64,000 bases of DNA, taken from contig CP129476.1 of NCBI GenBank assembly GCA_030583805.1, positions 902,657 through 966,656 on the forward strand, given 5' to 3'. The first letter of the stretch is position 1; every line of letters starts with the position of its first letter. Positions 56,408 to 64,000 of this stretch are shown here, piece after piece. A program made the translations under genes and the position numbers. Source of the DNA: Patescibacteria group bacterium (GTDB taxonomy: Bacteria; Patescibacteriota; Patescibacteriia; SG8-24; DYFX01). The notes below the pieces were generated by a model. The model ran no database searches. It worked only from the letters and a program-made list of their open reading frames with translations, and was not told where the DNA came from.

Positions 56408-56436
56408 ACTATAAAAGAAAAAGCCCCGTTTGTCAA
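56408..56436 (-). promoter_or_regulatory. rnpB promoter TTGACA-17-TATAGT
   Basis: consensus -35/17-nt spacer/-10 ending ~70 nt 5' of P4 5' strand. Confidence 0.5.
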
Positions 56437-56502
56437 GACGGGACTGCGGCCGCGTGCTGGGCGCGCGCGTCGAGCGCGATCATGATTCCTGAGAGCGGCG
56501 TG

Positions 56503-57339
56503 TCAAGTGTCGGGATCGAGGATTTCGTGCAGCCTCGCGAGGCCGGCCAGGAGCGTGAGCTGGTGGAGCGGCATGTCGGTGTTGTGACAGACGAGGTCGT
56601 ACCCGTACCCCGGAAGCCGTCCGTTCCACTCGGGATCGAGGCCGACGGCGTTGCCGAGCGGCATGCGCAGATGCAGCTGGTCGGGCGGTTCCAGATACGC
56701 TTCGAAGTGGCGCGCGATAGCGTCGTCGTCCAAGGCTTCGCCCCAGAGGCGTTCGCAAGCCAGGCGCATTGCGCGGCCGATGTCGGGAAAGGCGAGCGGC
56801 GTTTCCGCAGGCGGCAGGCGACGGAGCGCTTCTTGCGAAAGCGTCGCGCTGATCGGCGCTCCGTAGCAGCTGCGCTTCATGACCGACATCGAAACGCGCA
56901 TGAGTTGGCGCGCGTTCCCGAGATCTTCGGGCCGCACGCCGCGCATGCCGTCGAGCGCCGAGAAGAAGACGGAAAGCGTCGCGGAAAGCGCATAGGCGGA
57001 ATGCCAGTCCGGATGTTCGCGGCCGCCCAAGCCGATGTGCGGCAAGGGAAAGCGCCAGAGGTTCCAGCCGCGGACGTCGGTCCCGATCGGTTCGCCGCTC
57101 GAGCGGTTGCCGTGCTGGGGAAAGCCCCAACCGCGCAGTTCCGACGGCGGCACGTACGCGCCGAATCCGAACGCTTCGACATAGGAGGCGACGGCGTGAT
57201 CTTCCCGCATGAGCTCGTTCAGCATCCGATCGCGCACGTGAGGATGCGTACGCACTACGATCGTGCGCGTCGCGTTTTCTTCAAACGCCAGATCGTACCA
57301 GCGCGGGAGTGCTTCGAGCGCCAGAGCGAATGGATTCAT
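56503..57339 (-). CDS. hypothetical protein (279 aa)
   Basis: GGAGG SD before ATG. Confidence 0.5.
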   Translation of the reverse strand: MNPFALALEALPRWYDLAFEENATRTIVVRTHPHVRDRMLNELMREDHAVASYVEAFGFGAYVPPSELRGWGFPQHGNRSSGEPIGTDVRGWNLWRFPLPHIGLGGREHPDWHSAYALSATLSVFFSALDGMRGVRPEDLGNARQLMRVSMSVMKRSCYGAPISATLSQEALRRLPPAETPLAFPDIGRAMRLACERLWGEALDDDAIARHFEAYLEPPDQLHLRMPLGNAVGLDPEWNGRLPGYGYDLVCHNTDMPLHQLTLLAGLARLHEILDPDT

Positions 57340-57383
57340 CGCGTACCTCCGTCGTAAAAGAAAAACATGCCGAGAGTGGCATG

Positions 57384-57743
57384 TCAACGCCGCGCATGCA
57401 GGCGCTCGTGGCGCAGGCGCAGGAAGTAGCGCCAAACGCCGCCCGTTTCGATGACGACACATTCAACCGTCTGACCGTTATAGGTTGAACGCCAAGCGCT
57501 GAACACCAGCGCGCCTTCGTACCACACCTGGATCGCCTCGCGCTGCAGGTTCTGCGGCACGGTCAGGTGGTAATCGTACCGCAGCTCGAAGGGGTAGAGT
57601 ACGCGCTGAATGACGCCTCCGCCCCGTCCGCCTTCGGCGTCTTCGACGCGCACGTGGCCGTTGGTCTTTGCCAGCTCGACGGCCGCATCGAATACCCGCT
57701 TCTCTTCACGCGTGAAAGGCCTTGTGGCGAGGTTGGTCGACAT
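57384..57743 (-). CDS. hypothetical protein (120 aa)
   Basis: GGAGG SD before ATG. Confidence 0.5.
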   Translation of the reverse strand: MSTNLATRPFTREEKRVFDAAVELAKTNGHVRVEDAEGGRGGGVIQRVLYPFELRYDYHLTVPQNLQREAIQVWYEGALVFSAWRSTYNGQTVECVVIETGGVWRYFLRLRHERLHARR

Positions 57744-57802
57744 GCTGCCTCCGTTGCTTGAAGGTGGCACGACGCTGCGCGCGCGTCAATCCTGACGGCT
57801 CG

Positions 57803-59308
57803 TCAGCGCAGCAATCTTGAGATCCCGTCGAATTTGCGGATGAGGGGGAGCGGATCCCAAGCGGTCATGCCGAGGCTTTGCACCAGCTCTTCGGCGTCCC
57901 AGGAAACGCCTTTGGCGAAGAGTTCTTTCAGGAAGGCGCCGGCATCGCGTTTCAGGAACCAGCGGTCGCCGAAGGTGCGCACAAGGTGCTCTTCGAGTTG
58001 GGACGAGGCAATCCAGGCGCGCAAATAATCGGCGCTGTAGAAACCGCTGTCCATGTCTTCGATCCAGAATTCCGGCTCGTAGGAAAATCCCGTCAGGTCG
58101 CGGAGCGTCTTGGCGTACAGTTCTTTGTTGCGGGCGATGTCGTACGGCTTTTCGTCGAAGGCCAGCTCGTAGCTGAATTTGGCGACGTAGCGGCGCAGCA
58201 TGAAGAGGTTGCCGAGGAGCGCCCAGGCGCCGGCGCGGTCGGCGGCGGCTTTCGGCACGCGCATGACGTGCTCGAGCCAAAGCGGATTTTCCGGCAGGTG
58301 CTCGATCAGTGCGGCGAACGTTTCCGACAGGGCGTGCGAACGCGGCATGCCGCGCCACTCGTAGGGGAGCGAAGGATCGGTGTACGCGAAATGGAACGCG
58401 TGTCCGCCTTCGTGCAGCAAGCCGCGGACGTCTTCGTAGCCGCCCTGGGGTTTGATGATGATGTGCACCTCTTCCGGCGCGTGGGGCGCGTAGCAGCAGG
58501 CGCGCGGGTGCTTGCCGGGCCGCGCCTCGGCGTCGATGCGGATTTGCGGCGCCTGCTCGAACGGCAGCCCGATCGTGGCAAAAGCTCCGGAGCAGAGCGG
58601 GATCAGTTTTTCCGGCGGGAACAAATGCGCGAATTCGTTGCCGGCGCGCCAATGGAGCGCGTGCGCCGATCCGATGTCGCCGAGTTCTTTTCCGTAGGCG
58701 CGGCGCAGCACGTCGGACATGACGCGCCGGTACATGCCCGTCGTTTCCTGCAGGAGCGGAATCGTTTTTTGCAAAAAGGTTTCGTAGCGCAAGCGCTTCT
58801 TCGCTTCGGAATATTCGCGCGCCGTGCCGAAACCGAACTTGGCGAGCGCCTGGCGCGCCGCGTGCTCGAGATCGACGCGGAGCGGCGTCAGCTCTTCGGC
58901 CAGCGCCGCCTGGGCCGCGCGAAGCGCGTTGCGTTTTTCAAAATCGTCTTCCTGCGCGATCACGCTCGCGATGTCGTAGTAGGGGATCTTCAAGCCGTTG
59001 GCGCCGGTCTCGAGGCCGGCCGCCTTCTGGAGAATTTTTTCCTCGATCGGCAGCGTTTCAGACTCCACGACGCCTTCAAGAAGCGCGAAAAGCGAGCGTT
59101 CCATCTGATCGCGCTTTTTCGGCTGCGCCGTGCGCTCGATGAGTCCTCGGAGCGTGACGATCGTTTCTTGGGAAAAGAGTTCGGTAAAACGCTCGCGAAC
59201 GGAAACAAAGGCGGGCCGCGCTTTCAGGCCTGCGCGGGCGAGGCGATCCTCGGACGCGAGCGCAGCGCGGTACTCCTCGAGCTGCTTCAGAATCTCCTCG
59301 TATGTCAT
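57803..59308 (-). CDS. pepF: M3-family oligoendopeptidase (PepF-like)
   Basis: HEGGHAFH zinc motif; 501 aa. Confidence 0.8.
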   Translation of the reverse strand: MTYEEILKQLEEYRAALASEDRLARAGLKARPAFVSVRERFTELFSQETIVTLRGLIERTAQPKKRDQMERSLFALLEGVVESETLPIEEKILQKAAGLETGANGLKIPYYDIASVIAQEDDFEKRNALRAAQAALAEELTPLRVDLEHAARQALAKFGFGTAREYSEAKKRLRYETFLQKTIPLLQETTGMYRRVMSDVLRRAYGKELGDIGSAHALHWRAGNEFAHLFPPEKLIPLCSGAFATIGLPFEQAPQIRIDAEARPGKHPRACCYAPHAPEEVHIIIKPQGGYEDVRGLLHEGGHAFHFAYTDPSLPYEWRGMPRSHALSETFAALIEHLPENPLWLEHVMRVPKAAADRAGAWALLGNLFMLRRYVAKFSYELAFDEKPYDIARNKELYAKTLRDLTGFSYEPEFWIEDMDSGFYSADYLRAWIASSQLEEHLVRTFGDRWFLKRDAGAFLKELFAKGVSWDAEELVQSLGMTAWDPLPLIRKFDGISRLLR

Positions 59309-59310
59309 GT

Positions 59311-60315
59311 TCAGCGCAAACCGGTCGCGCGCAGCACCGTGTCCATCGTCTGCTTGGCGACGGCGCGCGCTTTGGCGCCGCCCGAAGCCAAGACCATGCG
59401 GATGCGGTCCGGGTTCTTCATCAGCTCTTTCTTCTTCGCGCGGTAGTCGGCGAAGCGGCCAGCGACCGCTTCCGCGGCGCGCTTTTTAAGATCGCCGTAC
59501 TTCACGGGCTGGGAGGCGATCGCTTCCTTGCGGGCGTCTTTTCCGTCGCACAGCTCGATCAGGTCAAGAAGCAGCGCGACGCCGGCATACGCTTCGGTTT
59601 TGAGCAGCGCGTCGGTGATCGTACCGCTCGGTTCCGTCGGCACGCCCTTCAGCTTCTTCAAAATATCCTCCGGCTCGTCGTCCAACGCGAGATACGATTT
59701 CGGGCCGTGGCTCTTCGACATTTTTTTCGTCGGCTCCGTCAGGCTCATGATCTTGGGCGTTTCCGTCAAAAGCTCTTTCGCCTCCGGGAAGACGTTGCCG
59801 AAGCGCTTGTTGAAGTTGCGCGCGATGACGCGGGTCGTTTCGACGTGCTGCACCTGGTCCTGTCCAACCGGCACCGCGTTGCCGCCGTAGATCAAAATAT
59901 CGGCGGCTTGGAGCACCGGGTAATCCATGAGACCCATGTTGATGTTCTTCTCCTGGCGTTCGGCCTTGTCCTTGTATTGCGTCATGCGTTCCATCTCGGC
60001 GACGGGCGTGACGGTGTTGAAGATCCAGCCGAGCTCGACGACTTCCGGCACGTCGGACTGCACGAAGAGCGTCGACTTTTTGGGATCGAGGCCGAGCGCG
60101 AGCAGCGACGCTGCCAAATCGAGGATGCGATGCTGCATCTCTTTCGGATCGTAGGCAATCGTCATCGCGTGATAGTCGGCGATGAAGAACCAGCAGCGCT
60201 CGGGATGCGCGTCTTGCAGCGCGAGCCAGTTGCGCAGGCTGCCGGCCCAGTTGCCGATGTGGAGTTCGCCCGTGGGTTGGGCGCCTGAAACGACGATCGT
60301 TGCGTCCTTTTTCAT
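59311..60315 (-). CDS. trpS: tryptophan--tRNA ligase
   Basis: class I signatures TGELHIGN (HIGH) and KMSKS; 334 aa. Confidence 0.9.
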   Translation of the reverse strand: MKKDATIVVSGAQPTGELHIGNWAGSLRNWLALQDAHPERCWFFIADYHAMTIAYDPKEMQHRILDLAASLLALGLDPKKSTLFVQSDVPEVVELGWIFNTVTPVAEMERMTQYKDKAERQEKNINMGLMDYPVLQAADILIYGGNAVPVGQDQVQHVETTRVIARNFNKRFGNVFPEAKELLTETPKIMSLTEPTKKMSKSHGPKSYLALDDEPEDILKKLKGVPTEPSGTITDALLKTEAYAGVALLLDLIELCDGKDARKEAIASQPVKYGDLKKRAAEAVAGRFADYRAKKKELMKNPDRIRMVLASGGAKARAVAKQTMDTVLRATGLR

Positions 60316-60376
60316 ATGTTGGCATCTTACCGTTTCCGCCAAAATTGGCAATAAAAAACGCCTGTCCCTGGGCGGG

Positions 60377-60778
60377 TCAGGCGAGCGCGTGCGGCCGCCT
60401 CTTCGGGGCCAGTACGAGAAAACAGGAATGCTTGAGTTGCATGATCTGCCTTCGCGCCTCGTGGAGCAGCTGGTCTTTGTTGAAGAATACCTGCTTGGCA
60501 GGATGGAACCATTCCTGGTGGGAACCCCGGCCGACGGCGATGGCGTGCTGCATCAGTCCGAGGCCTTGGGTGGCGTGAACGACGTCGGTCCAGACCTCAA
60601 ACGAAACGAAATGCCCGCTGAACGTTCCGTTGTAGTTGTGCTGCCAGACGATCGAGTCCGCCGACGCGTGCATATATGCGGCGAGCTGGAGATCGTGGTC
60701 CTTCGTCAGCGCGGCGAGATGTGCGATGACGTCGTCCATGAACGTTCTGACCGATTCCGGGATGATCGGCGCCGTCAT
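60377..60778 (-). CDS. hypothetical His-rich protein (133 aa), possibly DinB/YfiT-like
   Basis: ATGA coupling to upstream ORF; multiple conserved-looking His. Confidence 0.45.
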   Translation of the reverse strand: MTAPIIPESVRTFMDDVIAHLAALTKDHDLQLAAYMHASADSIVWQHNYNGTFSGHFVSFEVWTDVVHATQGLGLMQHAIAVGRGSHQEWFHPAKQVFFNKDQLLHEARRQIMQLKHSCFLVLAPKRRPHALA

Positions 60779-61245
60779 GCGGATCCGACCTTCTTCGCGC
60801 CTCCAGCCTCGGCTAGGCGACGCAGGTTTGCGACGAAGTTTGCCCGGTCCTTCGCGCGCCACTCGCGGTCGGCGCCGAGGTGCAGAAAGCGGGCCAGATC
60901 TTGCGGGTCGTGGAAGTGGTCGACCGTCAGGCGCAGGTACTCGAACTCTTCCTGGAAGCCTTCGATGCCGACGCAGCGGTAGACGGGACGCAGCTCCTCG
61001 TTCCCCAGACGGAGCTCCAGACGGCAGTGGTCGCCGTCGTATTCGAGCAGCGCCCAGGACGTCCAGAGCGTGCACGTGAAGCGGCCCAAACGGCCGGGCA
61101 GCTCCAGCGTGGCCTGCCAGCGTTCGCCGGCGACGAGTGCGGGCTCCATGGGAGCGGCGAACCCCTCCGCGATGCAGGCTTCCCTCAGCGCTGTGAGAAA
61201 CGACTTCGCGCGGTCGGACAGGAAACCGGGATCAGGATCGTCCAT
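60775..61245 (-). CDS. hypothetical protein (156 aa)
   Basis: ORF with downstream ATGA-coupled partner. Confidence 0.45.
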   Translation of the reverse strand: MDDPDPGFLSDRAKSFLTALREACIAEGFAAPMEPALVAGERWQATLELPGRLGRFTCTLWTSWALLEYDGDHCRLELRLGNEELRPVYRCVGIEGFQEEFEYLRLTVDHFHDPQDLARFLHLGADREWRAKDRANFVANLRRLAEAGGAKKVGSA

Positions 61246-61336
61246 GACAACCTCCGTCTTCGGACGATTTCAGCGTTTCACGCCGACGCGGTTTCGTCAA
61301 TACGAAAACCCCGCTCGGGGGAGCGGGGTTCGCGGT

Positions 61337-63310
61337 TTAGACATCGATCAGGACCGGCAGGATCATCGGGCGGCGTTCCGTCTCCTTGAAGAGGAACGAG
61401 CCGACTTCGTTGCGGACCTTGGTTTTCAGGTATTCGTCGAGCGCGGGCGTTTTCGGATCGGCGTCCTTCAAGATCTTCTTTACGAAGTCCCGGGCGCGCA
61501 TCACGAGTCCGCTCGGATCTTTCTGGTAGACGAAGCCGCGCGAGATGATGTCGGGATCGCCGACGAGCGCGCCGGTCTTCTTGTCGATCTTGCAGACCAC
61601 GACGAGCATGCCGTCTTCGGCCAGCTCGCGGCGGTCGCGCAGGACGACTTCCGAGACGTCGCCGACGCCGAGGCCGTCGACGAAGACGTAGTCGGACGGG
61701 ACGAATTCCGCCGTGAGGCGGGCGCCCGTCTTGTCGAACTCGACAATCTGGCCATTGTCGGCCACGAAGATGTTCGAACGCGGCGTACCGACCGCTTCCG
61801 CCAAATCGGCGTGCGCTTCAAGCATGAAGCGGTTGCCGTGGATCGGCATGAAGAAGCGCGGCTTGGTGAGGCGCAGCATGAGCTTCAGGTCTTCCTGCTT
61901 GGCGTGGCCGCCGGCGTGGATGTCGACCATGGCGTTGTCGACGAGCTTGGCGCCCTGGCGCACGAGAGTGTCCTTGAGCGATTGGACGGTGCGCTCGTTG
62001 CCCGGAATGACCGAGCTCGAGAAGACGACGAGATCGTTCGGCTGGATCGACAGGAACTTGTGCTCGCGGTTCGCGACCTTCATGAGCGTCGCGTTCTGCT
62101 CGCCCTGCGAACCGGTGCAGACGACGATCGCCTTGTTGTCCGGCAGGCGCTTGAACTCGTCTTCTTCGACGATCGTGCCCTGCTTGTATTTCATGTAGCC
62201 GAGCTTGTGGGCCAGCTCCACGTTGTTGAGGAGCGAGCGGCCTTGCAGCAAGACCTTGCGGCCGAGCGGTTCGGCGGCGTCGAAGACCTGCTGCATGCGG
62301 GTGAGCATCGACGAGAACATGCCGATGATGACGCGTCCGGTGGCGCGCTCGATCGTGCGGCGGATTTCGTCGCCGACGACCTTCTCCGAGATCTGGTGTC
62401 CCGGCGAGGTGGCGTTGGTCGAGTCCGACATGAGCATGAGCACGTTCTTCGAGCCGAAGCTCGCGATGTGGATCAGGTCGGCCGGGTCGCCGTCAGCCGG
62501 CGTGAAGTCGAATTTGAAGTCGCCGGTGCCGAGGATCACGCCGTACGGGGTGTAGAGCGCGGTGCCGAAGGCGTCGGAAATGTTGTGGTTGACGTGGAAG
62601 GGCTCGAACACGAAGTTGCGTCCCATCTGGATGCGGCTCTTGCCGGTCACCATATGGAACTTGAGCTGGTTCGCGTTGCCGAATTCTTCCTGGCGGTTCC
62701 GGATGATGCCGGCCGTAAGCGGCGCGGTGTAGATCGTCGGGAAACCGAGGCGGGGGAGGATGAACGGCAAGCCGCCGACGTGGTCGAGGTGGCCGTGGCT
62801 CACGATGACGCCGCGAATGTTGCGCTCCTTGCCTTTCAAGGAGGCGATGTTCGGGATGATGTAGTCGACGCCCGGCATGTTTTCTTCCGGGAACATCAAA
62901 CCCGCGTCGACGATGACGATGTCATCGCCGCATTCGAAGACGGTGCAGTTGCGGCCGATCTCTTCGAGACCGCCCAAGGCGTAGACCTTGAGCTTCGGCG
63001 GGTTGCCCTGGATGTTGTCCATGGGCAAGGCCGCAGTCGGGGCGTTCTTCGAAGCGTGGAGCGCTTCGACGGTGCGCGCGGACATGCCGCGCTGGGCTGC
63101 GCCGCCGCTCACCGAAATGACTTTCGGGGCGGGGCGTCCGCCGCGTCCTCCGCGGAACGGGGGACGATTGCCGCCGCCGCGGAAGGGCGGGCGGTTGCCG
63201 CCGTGCTGAGCAGGGCGAGAGGCCGAGCCGGACGGCGCGGGGCGCGACGATCCGCCTTGAGGAGGAGTCGGTCGCCTGGGTGCGGATACCATAAAAAGGA
63301 ATCTGTTCAT
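61337..63310 (-). CDS. rnj: ribonuclease J with ~100-aa N-terminal Arg/Gly/Pro-rich (RGG-repeat) extension
   Basis: MBL motif HGHLDHVGG, beta-CASP and C-terminal domain; N-terminal GGNRPPFRGG x2. Confidence 0.9.
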   Translation of the reverse strand: MNRFLFMVSAPRRPTPPQGGSSRPAPSGSASRPAQHGGNRPPFRGGGNRPPFRGGRGGRPAPKVISVSGGAAQRGMSARTVEALHASKNAPTAALPMDNIQGNPPKLKVYALGGLEEIGRNCTVFECGDDIVIVDAGLMFPEENMPGVDYIIPNIASLKGKERNIRGVIVSHGHLDHVGGLPFILPRLGFPTIYTAPLTAGIIRNRQEEFGNANQLKFHMVTGKSRIQMGRNFVFEPFHVNHNISDAFGTALYTPYGVILGTGDFKFDFTPADGDPADLIHIASFGSKNVLMLMSDSTNATSPGHQISEKVVGDEIRRTIERATGRVIIGMFSSMLTRMQQVFDAAEPLGRKVLLQGRSLLNNVELAHKLGYMKYKQGTIVEEDEFKRLPDNKAIVVCTGSQGEQNATLMKVANREHKFLSIQPNDLVVFSSSVIPGNERTVQSLKDTLVRQGAKLVDNAMVDIHAGGHAKQEDLKLMLRLTKPRFFMPIHGNRFMLEAHADLAEAVGTPRSNIFVADNGQIVEFDKTGARLTAEFVPSDYVFVDGLGVGDVSEVVLRDRRELAEDGMLVVVCKIDKKTGALVGDPDIISRGFVYQKDPSGLVMRARDFVKKILKDADPKTPALDEYLKTKVRNEVGSFLFKETERRPMILPVLIDV

Positions 63311-63444
63311 GTCCCGATGAACGGGACGGATTATATATTGTGTTGATTGCGGACATTCGGGTCCCGCGCAACGGGAGAAATGCCGTCGCAGATCGACAGT
63401 CGGGAGAACTGAAATGCTTCAGTGCTTTCGACGGGAAATCTGCC

Positions 63445-63531
63445 TGGTGGGCGGGGAGGGACTTGAACCCTCATGACCTTGCGGTCGTACGGCCCTGAAC
63501 CGTATGCGTCTGCCAATTCCGCCACTCGCCC
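63445..63531 (-). tRNA. tRNA-Leu (anticodon CAG), type II with long variable arm
   Basis: 87 nt; anticodon loop uuCAGgg, variable stem GACC/GGTC, GGTTCAAGTCC T-arm, CCA encoded; A6-C67 mismatch. Confidence 0.8.
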
Positions 63532-63562
63532 ACGCGTTTTGATTGTGCCTCCTAGGAGAATC

Positions 63563-63591
63563 AGTATACCCCGATCACCCGAAACGGTCAA
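63563..63591 (-). promoter_or_regulatory. tRNA-Leu promoter TTGACC-17-TATACT
   Basis: 17-nt spacer, -10 ~30 nt upstream of tRNA 5' end. Confidence 0.5.
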
Positions 63592-63600
63592 GTATCGAGC

Positions 63601-64000
63601 CTATTTCCACCTTCTGGCCGTTTCAAGATACCACGACGTCACGGTCGCGAAACGATCGGAAGGACTGTTCACGCGCGACCCCGAGAATCCTTTGAGCTCG
63701 GCCGGCATGGCATAGGTATAGGAAGGGCTGTAGAGGAAGGCGGCCGGCTGCTGTTCCGACAAGCTGCTCAGGAATTTGGTGTACGCCTGGTTGCGCGCGG
63801 CGGGATCGGCCGTGCGTCGCGCGGTTTCAAGCGCTTGGTCCGCCGCCGAATCCGAGAACATGGCCAAGTTCAAGCCGGGATCCTGGATCTGCGAAGAGTG
63901 CCAGAACGGATACGGATCGAGATCGCTGCCGAGCAGCTGTCCGTACAGAAGCGCGTCGTAGTCGCGCGAGCGGATGACCGTGCGGTGGATCTCCGAGGCG
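63601..64000 (-). CDS. peptide/oligopeptide ABC transporter substrate-binding protein (SBP family 5), 3' portion; gene continues past window end
   Basis: C-terminal SBP_bac_5-like sequence ...AAFLYSPSYTYAMPAELKGF...; open to window edge. Confidence 0.55.
   Translation of the reverse strand, partial: ASEIHRTVIRSRDYDALLYGQLLGSDLDPYPFWHSSQIQDPGLNLAMFSDSAADQALETARRTADPAARNQAYTKFLSSLSEQQPAAFLYSPSYTYAMPAELKGFSGSRVNSPSDRFATVTSWYLETARRWK

Noticed and set aside
61070-63346. 758-aa plus-strand ORF
   Set aside because: Antisense to rnj; RNase J motifs are unambiguous on the minus strand.
63331-63591. 86-aa minus-strand ORF
   Set aside because: Overlaps tRNA-Leu and its promoter; spurious.

Overview
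High-GC (~63-65%), gene-dense bacterial chromosomal segment with many ATGA stop/start overlaps. Promoters are sigma70-like with a recurring TATACT -10 box, and several genes look leaderless. Main contents: (1) an orphan 23S-5S rRNA operon (2492-5897) with tandem promoters and no 16S upstream. An unlinked tRNA-Ala(UGC) lies 11 kb away, and tRNA-Arg(CCG), tRNA-Leu(CAG) and an RNase P RNA gene (minus strand, ~55.9-56.4 kb) are also present. (2) Housekeeping genes: rlmH, cdd, glmS plus a glmU with only the N-terminal domain, asnB, ruvA, a FemAB-family gene, ileS, trpS, rnj, pepF (M3), tdk, a desaturase and an ABC exporter. (3) A minus-strand sugar-phosphate cluster: split transketolase (N and C genes), PfkB kinase, class II FBP aldolase, rpe, rpiB. 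(4) A cell-envelope region (36-54 kb): GT4-DUF4012-DUF11 operon, a 2,281-aa secreted repeat protein with phage tail-fibre-like motifs, two further GT4 genes, a Wzz-like protein, a polyprenyl glycosylphosphotransferase and an M23 peptidase. The most unusual single feature is a ~200-aa histidine-phosphatase (PGM-family, RHG...SHG) domain inserted between the two Cys-x-Cys zinc-knuckle halves of IleRS. Other points: a ~0.75 kb ORF-free region with promoter signals (6467-7215), a promoter-sRNA/terminator-small-ORF module (7217-7760), a kinase-like gene split at an ATGA junction, a strongly signalled 23-aa Lys-rich peptide gene, and an RGG-repeat N-terminal extension on RNase J. Long antisense 'ORFs' opposite ileS, rnj, the ABC exporter and the giant gene are GC-driven shadows. 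No CRISPR array, integrase/transposase or reverse transcriptase was seen.
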